Origin: Blastocatellia bacterium
GTDB lineage: Bacteria; Acidobacteriota; Blastocatellia; UBA7656
NCBI GenBank assembly: GCA_963765495.1
Contig: CAVXWP010000002.1
Location: forward strand, 416,001-480,000
Length of the DNA stretch: 64,000 nucleotides
Reading direction: 5' to 3'
The translations under genes were made by a program, and so were the position numbers. Shown here in pieces: positions 48,670 through 58,282 of the stretch. The stretch's first letter is position 1. Every line of letters starts with the position of its first letter. The notes beneath the pieces are model-generated. The model did not search any database. It saw only the letters and a program-made list of their open reading frames with translations, and had not been told where the DNA came from.

Positions 48670-48672
48670 TTT

Positions 48673-51600
48673 TCAGAAGATCAGCTTGAGGGCGAGCCTT
48701 ATGCGGCGCGGGGAGGCATCGGTTTCGCCGGAATCGAGAAAACCGAAGCCCCCGGCGTTTTCAAGTACGAAATTCGGTTTCTCTCGATTCGGATGATTGA
48801 ACAGATTGAAGAATTCGGCGCGGAATTGAAGCGAAACTTTTTCCGTCAGCTTCGTCATCTTAAGCAACGCGAAATCTACATTAAACAATTGCGGGCCCGT
48901 AAGGCTGTTTCGCTTCACATCGCCAAACGGGCGACCCGCCGCAAAGGTAGGCCCGAATGCATCGGGCGCGAGTCCAAGCGCGCGGGCGGCCTGTTCCACC
49001 GCAAAGTCGTTGTAGATAAATCGGGCTTCGCCAGGTGAGCCGGAGCGAAAACCTGAGCGGTCGGCAATAATGAATCCGGTTGGGCTCATCAGAGGATTGC
49101 CGTCAGGCCCGTTGAAAAAATGAAAATAAGCATTCGCGGCATTCGAAAAGGCTACCCTGTCAACCGGCGCAAGCGGATTGCCTTCGAATGGACGAATCGA
49201 GCCGAGCCGGTCTGAGAAGATCGATGCAAAAAGCGCCGAAGAGCCCGCGCCGTAGCCTGAAAACTGTAACGGGGTAAAAGGCGAACCGCTCGCAAATTCG
49301 AGGATGCCGCTCGCCTGCCAGCCGCCCAGCAATCGGCCCATCGTGCCTGACTGGCCTCGCATCATCGGCAATGTGTAGAGGAAGTGCGTCGTGGCCATAT
49401 GTGTGCGATTCAGGCTGGAAACGGCTCGCTCTCCCGATGAAATATCGAAAGGATTCTGGGCGAATGAAGGCAATCTGACCGATGCGAGCGACGAGGCGCT
49501 GCCAACCCCTCCCGCAATCTGCGCGCTCCCTTCGGGTACATCGTCCATCAGTCTCGACAGCGTGTAGGTCACTCCGCCCACCAGATCATTTCGCAACTGA
49601 AAATCCAATCTTGTTTGCAGGGAGTGATACGTAGACCGACCCGTGCTCTCATATCTCACAAGCGGCCCTGACGTTGTCGTTCCCGTTATATCGGGGTTGC
49701 CGTCTACGGCGCGGATCAAACCAAGGCCGCGAGAGCCTACGTAACGCATCTCAAACTCGACCGCCTCTTTGATTTCGCGGCTGCCCGAAAGATGCCAGAC
49801 GATTGAATAAGGGGTGCGGAAATCACTGGCTATTTCTGCGCGGGCAAAATTGCGCGGGTCTCCCGAGAGGAGCGAACTCAACTCTGCTGCGCCAGGTACG
49901 CGGGGGAAATCTGAAAGCCCGCCCCGTTCAGGAGTCAGAACGCCGAATAAAACGTTTGGAGCGGTGCGGGCAAATTCGGCCAGAGGCAGATAGGCCGGGC
50001 GGTCGTAGGAAACGCTCACGCCGCCGCGTATAACAGTTTCATCATAGCCGAACAGATCGCGGTCGAGGATGCGAAAACGTGGAGTGTAGGCGAAGCCAAA
50101 ACGCGGAGCGAAATTGTTATTATCGCTTTTGACTCTGGCAGGAACGCGGACATCAAGCGGCAATCGGGTATCGAACAAGGCGGTATTCGGATTAGCCTCG
50201 CGCTCGCGCAATTGATCTATCAATTCGTTGATCGGCTGGCCGGTGTTTTCATAGCTCAGGCCAAACGACAGAGTCAGGTTGATTCGCGCTCGCCACGTAT
50301 CGTCTATCGAGTAATGCTGATCGGTTTCGGCGAAATGCGAATGGGGATCGCCTACGGCCACGGCGAGCGCCGAAGGACGGCCCGCTATAAAATCATCGAA
50401 GGTTGCAAAGGTGAAATTGCCGCCGAGTCCGGGCAAATAATCGAAGCTCGTAAGTCTGCGGCGCAAGCGCCCGCCGAGCCTTACATTGTGACGGCCCGCT
50501 ATGTGTATCAGATGCTCTGACGCTTCGAAAACATTAGAAGCGTGCGAGGTGTCAAGCCCCGGGTTCTGCCCGTAAGCGAGACCGCGAAAGCCCGGAATCA
50601 CACTCGGCAGCGAGGGTTCGAGTTCGGCTGCTGTTTCCGTGCTCGACTGCGTAAACGCAGGCTCAAGCGAAAGCCTCGCTCGATTGAAACCGAAGCCAAC
50701 TTCGTTTGAGGTGCGGGGCGAGATCATGCGGTTCCATCGCAGGCTTCCAAGCTGCGAGCGCCCGCTGCTGTCGCCAAAATACCCGGCGGCTAACCGCCCC
50801 ACGTTGTTGCTGGAATTGCGACCGTCGTACCAGTAGACGGCCCTTAGCGTATCGCGGCGGGTCAGTATCCAGTCAAACCGCGCGCCCGCTTCGTACCCGT
50901 CCGAGGTTGAAGGCAGGATGCGAGCGATCTCGCCAAATTCTACCGGAACGCCAAGCACAGGCAGAGTGAAGGTTCTGAAGGTCTGTAAAACGCCTGGCTG
51001 ACGGGCGAGGGGGCCACGCATCAGGAGGTCGGCGACTGCGGGCGAGTTCGGGAAGGCGCGGGCCAGGCTTGAAAGCCCTGCCTCTGTGGGCGTCAAAAAG
51101 GCAGAGGTCGAATCGCTGAATCGCCGCGCGGTTTCAGACTCTGCCTGAAACGAGCCGAAGATAAACATCCGGTCGCGTCTGATCGGTCCGCCGAAAGTGC
51201 CGCCGTAAATCGTATCCTTAAATCTGGGCGGCTGCTCCAATCCGCTTCGGCGCTCAAGCGGCGAAAGCGCGCCAAATTTGCTGTTCAAATAGTAATCGAA
51301 TATCGTTCCGTGAAAATTATTAGTGCCGGGACGAGTAATCAGATTGATGCCCGCAGCCCCGGCCGGGCTCACATCGCCCGTGCCGCGCGTAGTAACGATA
51401 TGCAGCGTCTCGACCGCGTCCGGGTTGTTGATAGAGATGGCCGGGCGACCGTCAATATCGTTATTGTCCCTGCCGTCGATAGTAAAATAATTCGACCTCG
51501 CGCGGCCTCCGTTGATCAGAAAATCGAATGCCCGATCGCGCTCGGTCATGGCCGACAGCCGCGCCGAGTGATCGAATGCGCCCGTGACTATGCCGGGAGT

Positions 51601-52191
51601 GAGCCGCGCAAACGCATCTACGGGAGCGAGATTCGGCAGGTCTGTCAACCTCTGTGATTCATAATTGGTCGCCGTGTGTGAAGTGGTTGTATCAATAGCA
51701 GGAGCGATTGATGTCACTATTACGGCTTCGGCAGCGCCTCCGGGAGAGAGCGTGATACCCGTAGCCGCGATCTGGCCCGGCACGATTATTACATTCTGAA
51801 CTACGGTCTTATTAAACCCCGGCGCACCGGCTTCGATAGTGTAGACGCCTTCGGGAAGCCCGACCACGCTATAGCGACCATTCGAATCGGTAGTCATCAT
51901 GCGGATAGCGCCCGTAGCGTTATCTTTAATAGTGACGGTTGCGCCCGATATTACCGCGCCGTTCGGATCGACTACGGTGTTGAGCGCCGGGGCCACAGGT
52001 CCCGTCAGGGTAGACAATCCGCCCTGTTTTGAGCGAAAGCGGTTTGCTTTGGTTTCGCCCGCCTTCCCGGTGTCGGACTTTGTCTGCGCGTTGTCGGGTG
52101 GAGGATCACCGAGACCGCTCATTCCCTGCCCCAGGCCCGGGATAGAAATCAGTATGAGGGCTAAAAAGGTAAACACGACTCTAAGCAACAT
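48673..52191 (-). CDS. TonB-dependent receptor, Oar-like, with N-terminal carboxypeptidase-regulatory-like domain
   Basis: Signal peptide (start moved to ATG 52191, after GGAGG); VDPNGAVISGATVTI...G.Y.I..EAPGF; GTNNFHG; DNNNFAPRFGFAY; LQFRAEFFNLFNHPN; C-terminal LKLIF. Confidence 0.88.
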   Translation of the reverse strand: MLLRVVFTFLALILISIPGLGQGMSGLGDPPPDNAQTKSDTGKAGETKANRFRSKQGGLSTLTGPVAPALNTVVDPNGAVISGATVTIKDNATGAIRMMTTDSNGRYSVVGLPEGVYTIEAGAPGFNKTVVQNVIIVPGQIAATGITLSPGGAAEAVIVTSIAPAIDTTTSHTATNYESQRLTDLPNLAPVDAFARLTPGIVTGAFDHSARLSAMTERDRAFDFLINGGRARSNYFTIDGRDNNDIDGRPAISINNPDAVETLHIVTTRGTGDVSPAGAAGINLITRPGTNNFHGTIFDYYLNSKFGALSPLERRSGLEQPPRFKDTIYGGTFGGPIRRDRMFIFGSFQAESETARRFSDSTSAFLTPTEAGLSSLARAFPNSPAVADLLMRGPLARQPGVLQTFRTFTLPVLGVPVEFGEIARILPSTSDGYEAGARFDWILTRRDTLRAVYWYDGRNSSNNVGRLAAGYFGDSSGRSQLGSLRWNRMISPRTSNEVGFGFNRARLSLEPAFTQSSTETAAELEPSLPSVIPGFRGLAYGQNPGLDTSHASNVFEASEHLIHIAGRHNVRLGGRLRRRLTSFDYLPGLGGNFTFATFDDFIAGRPSALAVAVGDPHSHFAETDQHYSIDDTWRARINLTLSFGLSYENTGQPINELIDQLREREANPNTALFDTRLPLDVRVPARVKSDNNNFAPRFGFAYTPRFRILDRDLFGYDETVIRGGVSVSYDRPAYLPLAEFARTAPNVLFGVLTPERGGLSDFPRVPGAAELSSLLSGDPRNFARAEIASDFRTPYSIVWHLSGSREIKEAVEFEMRYVGSRGLGLIRAVDGNPDITGTTTSGPLVRYESTGRSTYHSLQTRLDFQLRNDLVGGVTYTLSRLMDDVPEGSAQIAGGVGSASSLASVRLPSFAQNPFDISSGERAVSSLNRTHMATTHFLYTLPMMRGQSGTMGRLLGGWQASGILEFASGSPFTPLQFSGYGAGSSALFASIFSDRLGSIRPFEGNPLAPVDRVAFSNAANAYFHFFNGPDGNPLMSPTGFIIADRSGFRSGSPGEARFIYNDFAVEQAARALGLAPDAFGPTFAAGRPFGDVKRNSLTGPQLFNVDFALLKMTKLTEKVSLQFRAEFFNLFNHPNREKPNFVLENAGGFGFLDSGETDASPRRIRLALKLIF

Positions 52192-52388
52192 GGCTCCTCC
52201 GTAAATAGCTGGATGAGCTTTCGATTTAAGCATTCGATAGACAGAATGCCCGGCAATTAACGCTCTTGCAAGAAAACTCGAAAAGCGAATGGCATAAGTA
52301 GTCGCTTATCAAGATTATTCAATTTATTGACTTGCAGTCACAATGCGTAAACCATTTTGCAGGTTAGTTTAACCGAAAGGTTTGTGAA

Positions 52389-52490
52389 AATAGGCAGCGG
52401 ATAACGCGGATGCAGCGGATCTACGCGGATATGACAATTTATGATCTAATCCGCGAAAATCCGCTGCATCCGCGTTATCCGCTGCCTATT
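52389..52490. repeat. 42-bp-arm inverted repeat made of CGCGGAT-type units (MITE/REP-like)
   Basis: aataggcagcggataacgcggatgcagcggatctacgcggat ... atccgcgaaaatccgctgcatccgcgttatccgctgcctatt (40/42 complementary). Confidence 0.93.
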
Positions 52491-52702
52491 CTCATTTTCC
52501 CATACTACATTTTGGAAGACTGAACAGTCTTGAGGGTTACAAAAACCTCATAGCGGCTGAAAAATTACTGATGATTTTTCCCCCTCGTTGGTTTATTATT
52601 CCTCTGCCTCCAGTACAATCTAGCCCCATCCGGTTTCAAGTCCCTTTTTTATCAGTTTGCTCCCGTTAAAACTGAACTCATCAGACCAAGTCAGGAGGGC
52701 CG

Positions 52703-54613
52703 ATGCTTCAGTATTCTTTTGATGATCGTTTGGCAAACGCACTCATAAATGAAGGGTTAGTAACCCAGGATCAGCTCCTAAAAGTAAAGAAAATTCGAGA
52801 GCAGATGGACGGGCAGAAATCTCTCGGCGATGTGCTGATCGAGATGAATTATGTCAGCCGCCCTCGGCTGGAAGAATTGATCCGCCGCCAGCGCAGCCGC
52901 GCACGCGTAGGCGAAATACTCGTGAGCCGCCGCGTAGTCTCTGAGCGAGACGTGCAGGTTGCGCTCGAAACGCAGCGAAAATCCGCGCCTCCGGCAAAAC
53001 GCATAGGCGAGATTCTGCTCGACATGGGGCTTATAGAAGAGCGCCATATCATCGAGGCGCTGGCCGAAAAATTTTCGCTCGAAATCGTTGACCCGGATAT
53101 AAGCCAGATAGATCAGGAACTGATTCGCCGCACCTCGCTCAAATACCTCAAACGCCAGATCGCACTGCCTTTGAAACTAGAAGCGGGGCGATTGCAACTA
53201 CTGGTCTCGGACCCGACAAGGACGCCCTTCTTTGAAGAGATCAGCCGCCTCTTTCAATGCCGGGTGCAGTTGGTGCTGGCAACAAGCGCGGTCATAGTCC
53301 AGAAACTTGACCTGATAGACGTAATGCTTCAGGGAAAGGAATCCGGGTTTGCCGACTATCAAAAGGTCAAGTATCACTCGCTTGAAACGCAAGCGCCTCA
53401 GGGCGAAGACCGTGTGATCCAGATGGTTGACCAGTTGATTCGCGCAGCCATTGAAGAGGGCGCATCCGACGTTCATCTTGAGCCAATGGCCAACAAACTC
53501 AGGGTGCGGTACAGGCTCGACGGGGTGCTTGTCCACAAGATGGATTTCCCGCGCGATTACACGCCGCGTATCATCAGCCGCATAAAGATACTGGCCGATG
53601 CCGACGTGGCCGAACGGCGCAAGCATCAGGACGGGCGCATCTTCGTCAAGACCGATAAACAGGAGATTGATATCCGTGTTTCGTTTTATGCGACGGTTTT
53701 CGGCGAAAACGTAGTGCTGCGAATTCTAAATAAGGCTTCTTTGATCGGGTTGCAGGAACTTGGATTCGCTCCAAACATCCTGCGAATATACACGGAAGAC
53801 GTGCTGGCAGCACCCTCGGGGATAACGCTTATCACAGGGCCTACGGGGTCGGGCAAGACGACTACACTTTATAGCTCGATAGACTATTGCAATGATCCTA
53901 CGGTCAAGATAATTACCTGCGAAGACCCGGTAGAATACGTCATTGACGGGATATCGCAATGCTCGATAAACGAAAAGATCGGACTCACCTTTAACGAAAC
54001 GCTCCGTTCGATAGTCCGTCAGGACCCCGACATCATAGTGATAGGCGAAATCCGCGATAAATTCTCGGCAGATGTAGCGGTACAATCTGCTCTCACAGGC
54101 CACAAGGTATTCGCTACCTTTCACACGGAAGATTCCGTGGGGGCGCTCGTGCGCCTTATCAACATGGAGATCGAAACATCGCTGATCGCCTCGACCATAG
54201 GCGCGGTGCTGGCTCAAAGGCTTGTTCGCAAGGTCTGCACAAACTGCCGCGAAGAGTATTCGCCCGAAGACCGCGTACTCAGAAGATTTGGCCTGAGCCG
54301 GACCGACCTCAGCCGGTTTGCGCTCTATAACGGCAAGGGGTGTTCTGTCTGTAACTTCACGGGCTATCGCGGGCGGCTTGGGATTTATGAGCTTCTGGTG
54401 CCGAACGCCGACATCCGAGACGCCATCTTGCAGATGCGAACCATGCAGCAAATCCGCCAGATCAGCCTTGAGTCGTGCAACCTCTGCACCATGCAGGAAG
54501 ACGGCATGGCGAAGGCGCTCACTGGAGTGACGACGCTTGAAGAAGTATTGGAAAACGCGCCTCGCGTCTTTCATCATCGCCCGCTTGATGCGCTGTTCAA
54601 GATCATAGGGTGA
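52703..54613 (+). CDS. PilB/GspE-family secretion/pilus assembly ATPase with tandem MshEN-like motifs
   Basis: ASDVHLEP, VRYRLDGVL, Walker A GPTGSGKTTT, EDPVEY, RQDPDIIVIGEIRD, TGH..F.TFH, CTNC...CSVC. Confidence 0.93.
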   Translation: MLQYSFDDRLANALINEGLVTQDQLLKVKKIREQMDGQKSLGDVLIEMNYVSRPRLEELIRRQRSRARVGEILVSRRVVSERDVQVALETQRKSAPPAKRIGEILLDMGLIEERHIIEALAEKFSLEIVDPDISQIDQELIRRTSLKYLKRQIALPLKLEAGRLQLLVSDPTRTPFFEEISRLFQCRVQLVLATSAVIVQKLDLIDVMLQGKESGFADYQKVKYHSLETQAPQGEDRVIQMVDQLIRAAIEEGASDVHLEPMANKLRVRYRLDGVLVHKMDFPRDYTPRIISRIKILADADVAERRKHQDGRIFVKTDKQEIDIRVSFYATVFGENVVLRILNKASLIGLQELGFAPNILRIYTEDVLAAPSGITLITGPTGSGKTTTLYSSIDYCNDPTVKIITCEDPVEYVIDGISQCSINEKIGLTFNETLRSIVRQDPDIIVIGEIRDKFSADVAVQSALTGHKVFATFHTEDSVGALVRLINMEIETSLIASTIGAVLAQRLVRKVCTNCREEYSPEDRVLRRFGLSRTDLSRFALYNGKGCSVCNFTGYRGRLGIYELLVPNADIRDAILQMRTMQQIRQISLESCNLCTMQEDGMAKALTGVTTLEEVLENAPRVFHHRPLDALFKIIG

Positions 54614-54654
54614 TCGTTAGAGCCTGAGTGACACATTAAGAGTGAGAAAGAATC

Positions 54655-54710
54655 AGACAGGATTTACAGGATTTTCCAACCATCTCTCAATAATCTTGTA
54701 AATCCTGTCT
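54655..54710. repeat. ACAGGATTT 9-mer inverted repeat downstream of the ATPase gene
   Basis: agacaggatttacaggatt ... aatcttgtaaatcctgtct. Confidence 0.85.
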
Positions 54711-54886
54711 AAAAAATTCAACTCTTCACACACACCTTTATCTCTACCAATCTCTTGCGGCTTGATTTAGATCTAATCAGCATTACCGACAGACATTGCT
54801 TTTGGCAGGCATTGTAAACGACAATGATGAGTCACAAGCAAATCAATCGGACCAACGTTTGAAGCTGTATTCAGAGGAGAAGACTG

Positions 54887-56245
54887 ATGAGCGAACCTCT
54901 CTGTTTTGTGCTGATGCCGTTTGGCAAGAAGCCCGATATTGCCGGAACCCTCATTAATTTCGACGCGGTCTATAGCGATCTGATCGCCCCGGCCATCAAG
55001 GAGGCGGGGCTCTACCCCGTGCGCGCCGATGAAGAAATGACCGGAGGGATAATCCACAAACCAATGTTCGAGCGGCTGATCATTTGCGAATACGCGGTTG
55101 CCGATCTGACCACCGCAAACGCGAATGTCTTTTATGAGCTTGGACTCCGCCACGCCGTCCGTGGGTGGAGCACAGTCCTGATTTACTCGAAAGGCGGCAG
55201 CCAGCTCCCGTTCGACGTGGCCCCGTTGCGCGCCATGCCCTACACGCTGACAGCCGAGGGGGTTCCCGCAGATGTGGCTGCAACGAAGGAGGCGATTGTG
55301 AAACGCCTCGTCGAAGCTCGCAAGGCGGCTGCCGATGAGCCTGCTGTTGACAGCCCTGTCTATCAGCTTGTCGAGGGATACCCTTCGGCGATAGATCACG
55401 CGAAGACGGATGTCTTTAGAGAGCAGGTTCTATACTCCGCCGAGCAAAAACAGAAACTGGCGGAAGCGCGGAAAAAAGAACGTGAAGAAGCGGTTGAAGC
55501 GCTCAAGAAACTTGAGGCGGAATTCTCTCCGCTTGAGGATGTTGAATCCGGCGTTGTGATAGACCTCTTCCTCTCCTACCGCGCAGTCAAGGCCTGGAAA
55601 GAAATGATCTCTCTGGTCGCAAAGATGCCGCGCCCGCTTGCCAGAACCGTCATGGTGCAAGAGCAATTCGCTCTTGCGTTAAACAGAGACGGGCAAAGCG
55701 AAGAGGCGGAGAAGATTCTAAGAGAATTGCTTGAACGACGCGGACCTTCAAGCGAGACTCTCGGCCTGTTAGGGCGCGTTCACAAGGATCGCTATGACAA
55801 GTACCTTAATGAGGGTCAGAAAATTAAGGCGGCATCAGAATTGAACAGAGCTATTGATGCTTATCTGAAAGGATTCGAAGCCGATTGGCGCGATGCCTAC
55901 CCGGGGATCAATGCCGTCACTTTAATGGAGCTAAAACAGCCGCCTGACCCTCGCCGCGAACAACTGATCCCCATAGTCACATACGCGGTCGAACGACGCA
56001 TTGCTTCGGGCAAACCCGATTACTGGGATTATGCCACGATGCTCGAACTCGCGGTTCTGGCAAATGATGAGGAAAAGGCGACGGCGGCCCTAGGCGATGC
56101 TTTAACCTCGATGCGTGAAATCTGGGAACCGGAAACGACGCTTCGCAATTTGCGGTTGATCAGCAAGGCGCGCAACCAACGGGGTGAATCGGTGGACTGG
56201 ATCGCAGATATAGAAAAAGAACTGGAGAGCGCAGCACAAGGGTGA
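54887..56245 (+). CDS. DUF4071 / MAP3K TRAF-binding-like protein: N-terminal nucleoside deoxyribosyltransferase/deoxyribohydrolase-like domain plus TPR region
   Basis: CFVLMPFG...RADEE...I...MFERL....AVADLTTANANVFYELGLRHA...LPFDV; then LFLSYRAVKAW, QEQFALALNR, ETLGLLGRVHKD, AIDAYLKGFEAD..DAYPGINAVTL, DYWDYATMLELAVL, WEPETT. Confidence 0.8.
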   Translation: MSEPLCFVLMPFGKKPDIAGTLINFDAVYSDLIAPAIKEAGLYPVRADEEMTGGIIHKPMFERLIICEYAVADLTTANANVFYELGLRHAVRGWSTVLIYSKGGSQLPFDVAPLRAMPYTLTAEGVPADVAATKEAIVKRLVEARKAAADEPAVDSPVYQLVEGYPSAIDHAKTDVFREQVLYSAEQKQKLAEARKKEREEAVEALKKLEAEFSPLEDVESGVVIDLFLSYRAVKAWKEMISLVAKMPRPLARTVMVQEQFALALNRDGQSEEAEKILRELLERRGPSSETLGLLGRVHKDRYDKYLNEGQKIKAASELNRAIDAYLKGFEADWRDAYPGINAVTLMELKQPPDPRREQLIPIVTYAVERRIASGKPDYWDYATMLELAVLANDEEKATAALGDALTSMREIWEPETTLRNLRLISKARNQRGESVDWIADIEKELESAAQG

Positions 56246-56299
56246 GGCTGCGCTCTCCCTCTCAAGACAGATTGATCGGGTTCGAGCGCGTCAGTAGGT

Positions 56300-57421
56300 C
56301 TATTGCAGGAAACCCGCGAAGTGATCTTTCTCAACTCTCTTTTCGGCCACTGCCCTGCCTACCTCTTGAAGCTCTCCTATGTGATCGACCGAATCCATTT
56401 GCTGGACGTTTTCCGGCTTTATATGGTCCAGGCCCAAAGCGGCCAGCCCCTCATAAGATAGCTCTGCGTTGTATCGCAGATAAGTGAATAGCTTTGGCGA
56501 GACGGGACCGCCCTTCCCCTTCATATCCCAGACTTCGCGATCTATTATGTCGCCTGCCTTGCATTCGCCGAACACACGACAAAGGAGGTCCTGCTCGTTT
56601 GAGGCGGCAAACATAAGTGCAGACGGTATCGAGGTAGCGTTGTAGATGAGATTCATCTCGTCGGGCGCGAGATTCAAATTCGCTCTCGGACTGGTCCCCG
56701 TTCCGATTGACACAAGTAACATCTGATCTTCGCCTGTCGGCCAGATCAGATTGTAAGGCTCGACCGTCGCCATCAAGAAAAGCTGAAACGCCGGATTGTT
56801 ATACATCGTGACGCCGCCATCGACAAAAATGAAATTGTTGCTTCCTACCTGTATGACTTCGGGGGGGAAATAGGTAGGAGCAGCGGTGCTTGCGCGCACA
56901 AGCTGCCAGAGAGGAAAATTCAGATTGCAGTCGGGCCTGTTCAGATCGCAGTTATATTTGGCTTTCGGGTTGTTTGAAACCGGCCAGGGCGAATCGGTTG
57001 TTGCGTTTCTCATTACAAGCAGCAATAAGGTTTTGAGTTTGTCGCTACCCAGCGTAGTATCGTCTCCTATAACCTCTCTAAGTTGATTTGCCAGCTTCTG
57101 ATCTTCAAACTTATAGCGAAACCGTCTGAGCAAGCTCGCCTTGTCGAACATCGCCGGGCCGCTGTTTATATAGAATGTTCTGATTTCGTCTACGCGCATT
57201 CCGAGCGAAACGCAGGTAGCGATGATCGCGCCCGTGCTCGTGCCTCCAATGTAATCGAAGTAATCGGCCAGGACGAAGGTGTCATCACACCCAAGCTCGT
57301 GCTGAAGGAGGCTCTCGATTCTGCCGAGCACTTCAATACTGATCATGCCGCGAATGCCGCCACCATCAAGGGCAAGCAATTTTCTTGGTCCCGTTTTGTT
57401 GATCTTATCGCTAACAGACAT
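56300..57421 (-). CDS. Patatin-like phospholipase
   Basis: LLALDGGGIRG oxyanion hole, GTSTG catalytic Ser, ASTAAPTYF, FVDGG catalytic Asp; SD aaggag before ATG 57421. Confidence 0.93.
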   Translation of the reverse strand: MSVSDKINKTGPRKLLALDGGGIRGMISIEVLGRIESLLQHELGCDDTFVLADYFDYIGGTSTGAIIATCVSLGMRVDEIRTFYINSGPAMFDKASLLRRFRYKFEDQKLANQLREVIGDDTTLGSDKLKTLLLLVMRNATTDSPWPVSNNPKAKYNCDLNRPDCNLNFPLWQLVRASTAAPTYFPPEVIQVGSNNFIFVDGGVTMYNNPAFQLFLMATVEPYNLIWPTGEDQMLLVSIGTGTSPRANLNLAPDEMNLIYNATSIPSALMFAASNEQDLLCRVFGECKAGDIIDREVWDMKGKGGPVSPKLFTYLRYNAELSYEGLAALGLDHIKPENVQQMDSVDHIGELQEVGRAVAEKRVEKDHFAGFLQ

Positions 57422-57422
57422 A

Positions 57423-58049
57423 TCAATCTCCTTCTTTAACGAATATCGGATTAATAACTGCCACCTGCCCACCCATCCGCTTCACCCTTGAGGCGAAATC
57501 TGAGGTCCCTCCCGGCCCGTCGCCTGTGGGCTTTTCGTCCCACACCAGAACGGCATATAGATTATCCGCCGAGGTCAGAGCGCCGGCAGTTTCGATGATC
57601 CATAAATTTGCGCTCTCAAAGACTGACATTCCTTCGGGGGGGTCGCCCCTTTCCTCGTGCAGAAAAAATGTCTCGACTCCCTCGCGATTTTTAAGTTTAA
57701 AATAGCGTTCTTCCCAGTCGCTCGCAGGCAGGCGCACCGATTTATCGAGGAATTCCTCCTCGGGCAGAGCTATGAATAACCAGACCCTGGCTCCGCGATC
57801 AGCCGCGAGTTCCGCAAACAATATGTCTCCGCCACGCGCGCAACCGCTGATGGCCAGATCACGCGGACCCACATCCCACTCATCGAGTTGTTTAGCGATC
57901 CGGTCACGGACTGCGCGCTCTTTCTCAGGGGGAAACCGGGGCTCTTTCCGCCCGGGACTGTCTATCATATGCCCGCTAAAGATTACTACTTTATCAAAAC
58001 GCGATTCCGGGTTGCTGAGTTTTGCAAGATGCTCTTCGAGGACTGTCAT
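57423..58049 (-). CDS. SLOG-like nucleotide-binding domain protein (possibly N-terminally truncated)
   Basis: VVIFSGHMID, AISGCARGGDILFAE, LPEEEF..SV, LVWD...DGPGGT; stop 1 nt from the patatin ATG. Confidence 0.7.
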   Translation of the reverse strand: MTVLEEHLAKLSNPESRFDKVVIFSGHMIDSPGRKEPRFPPEKERAVRDRIAKQLDEWDVGPRDLAISGCARGGDILFAELAADRGARVWLFIALPEEEFLDKSVRLPASDWEERYFKLKNREGVETFFLHEERGDPPEGMSVFESANLWIIETAGALTSADNLYAVLVWDEKPTGDGPGGTSDFASRVKRMGGQVAVINPIFVKEGD

Positions 58050-58224
58050 ATTAATCACGCTAGCAGCAATTCGAACTGGCGGCTATTGAAACAGGTCAAA
58101 CAGGATTCAGAATATATACTCCTCGGCGGCATCTATTACAAGAGAGCGGTGCTGTTTCGGGTAGAGGAAGTCAGCCACTTCTCAGAACCATTCAGTTTTC
58201 CGGGATGTAGGATAGGAGAATAAG

Positions 58225-58260
58225 AATAGGCCGCCCGATCCGAGTCATCTGCGGCCTATT
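58225..58260. repeat. AATAGGC-family hairpin downstream of the MltD-like gene (may act as terminator)
   Basis: aataggccgc-ccgatccgagtcatct-gcggcctatt. Confidence 0.75.
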
Positions 58261-58282
58261 GTTCGATTTTTTGCAGCCCTGT

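Noticed and set aside
54762-54779. Palindrome tgatttagatctaatca upstream of the DUF4071 gene as an operator
   Set aside because: Single occurrence, no clear overlapping promoter and no regulator gene nearby; too weak to call.
54887-58058. Calling the cassette CBASS or Thoeris
   Set aside because: No CD-NTase, ThsB-type TIR, or SIR2/Macro effector is recognisable. Only the component logic is similar.
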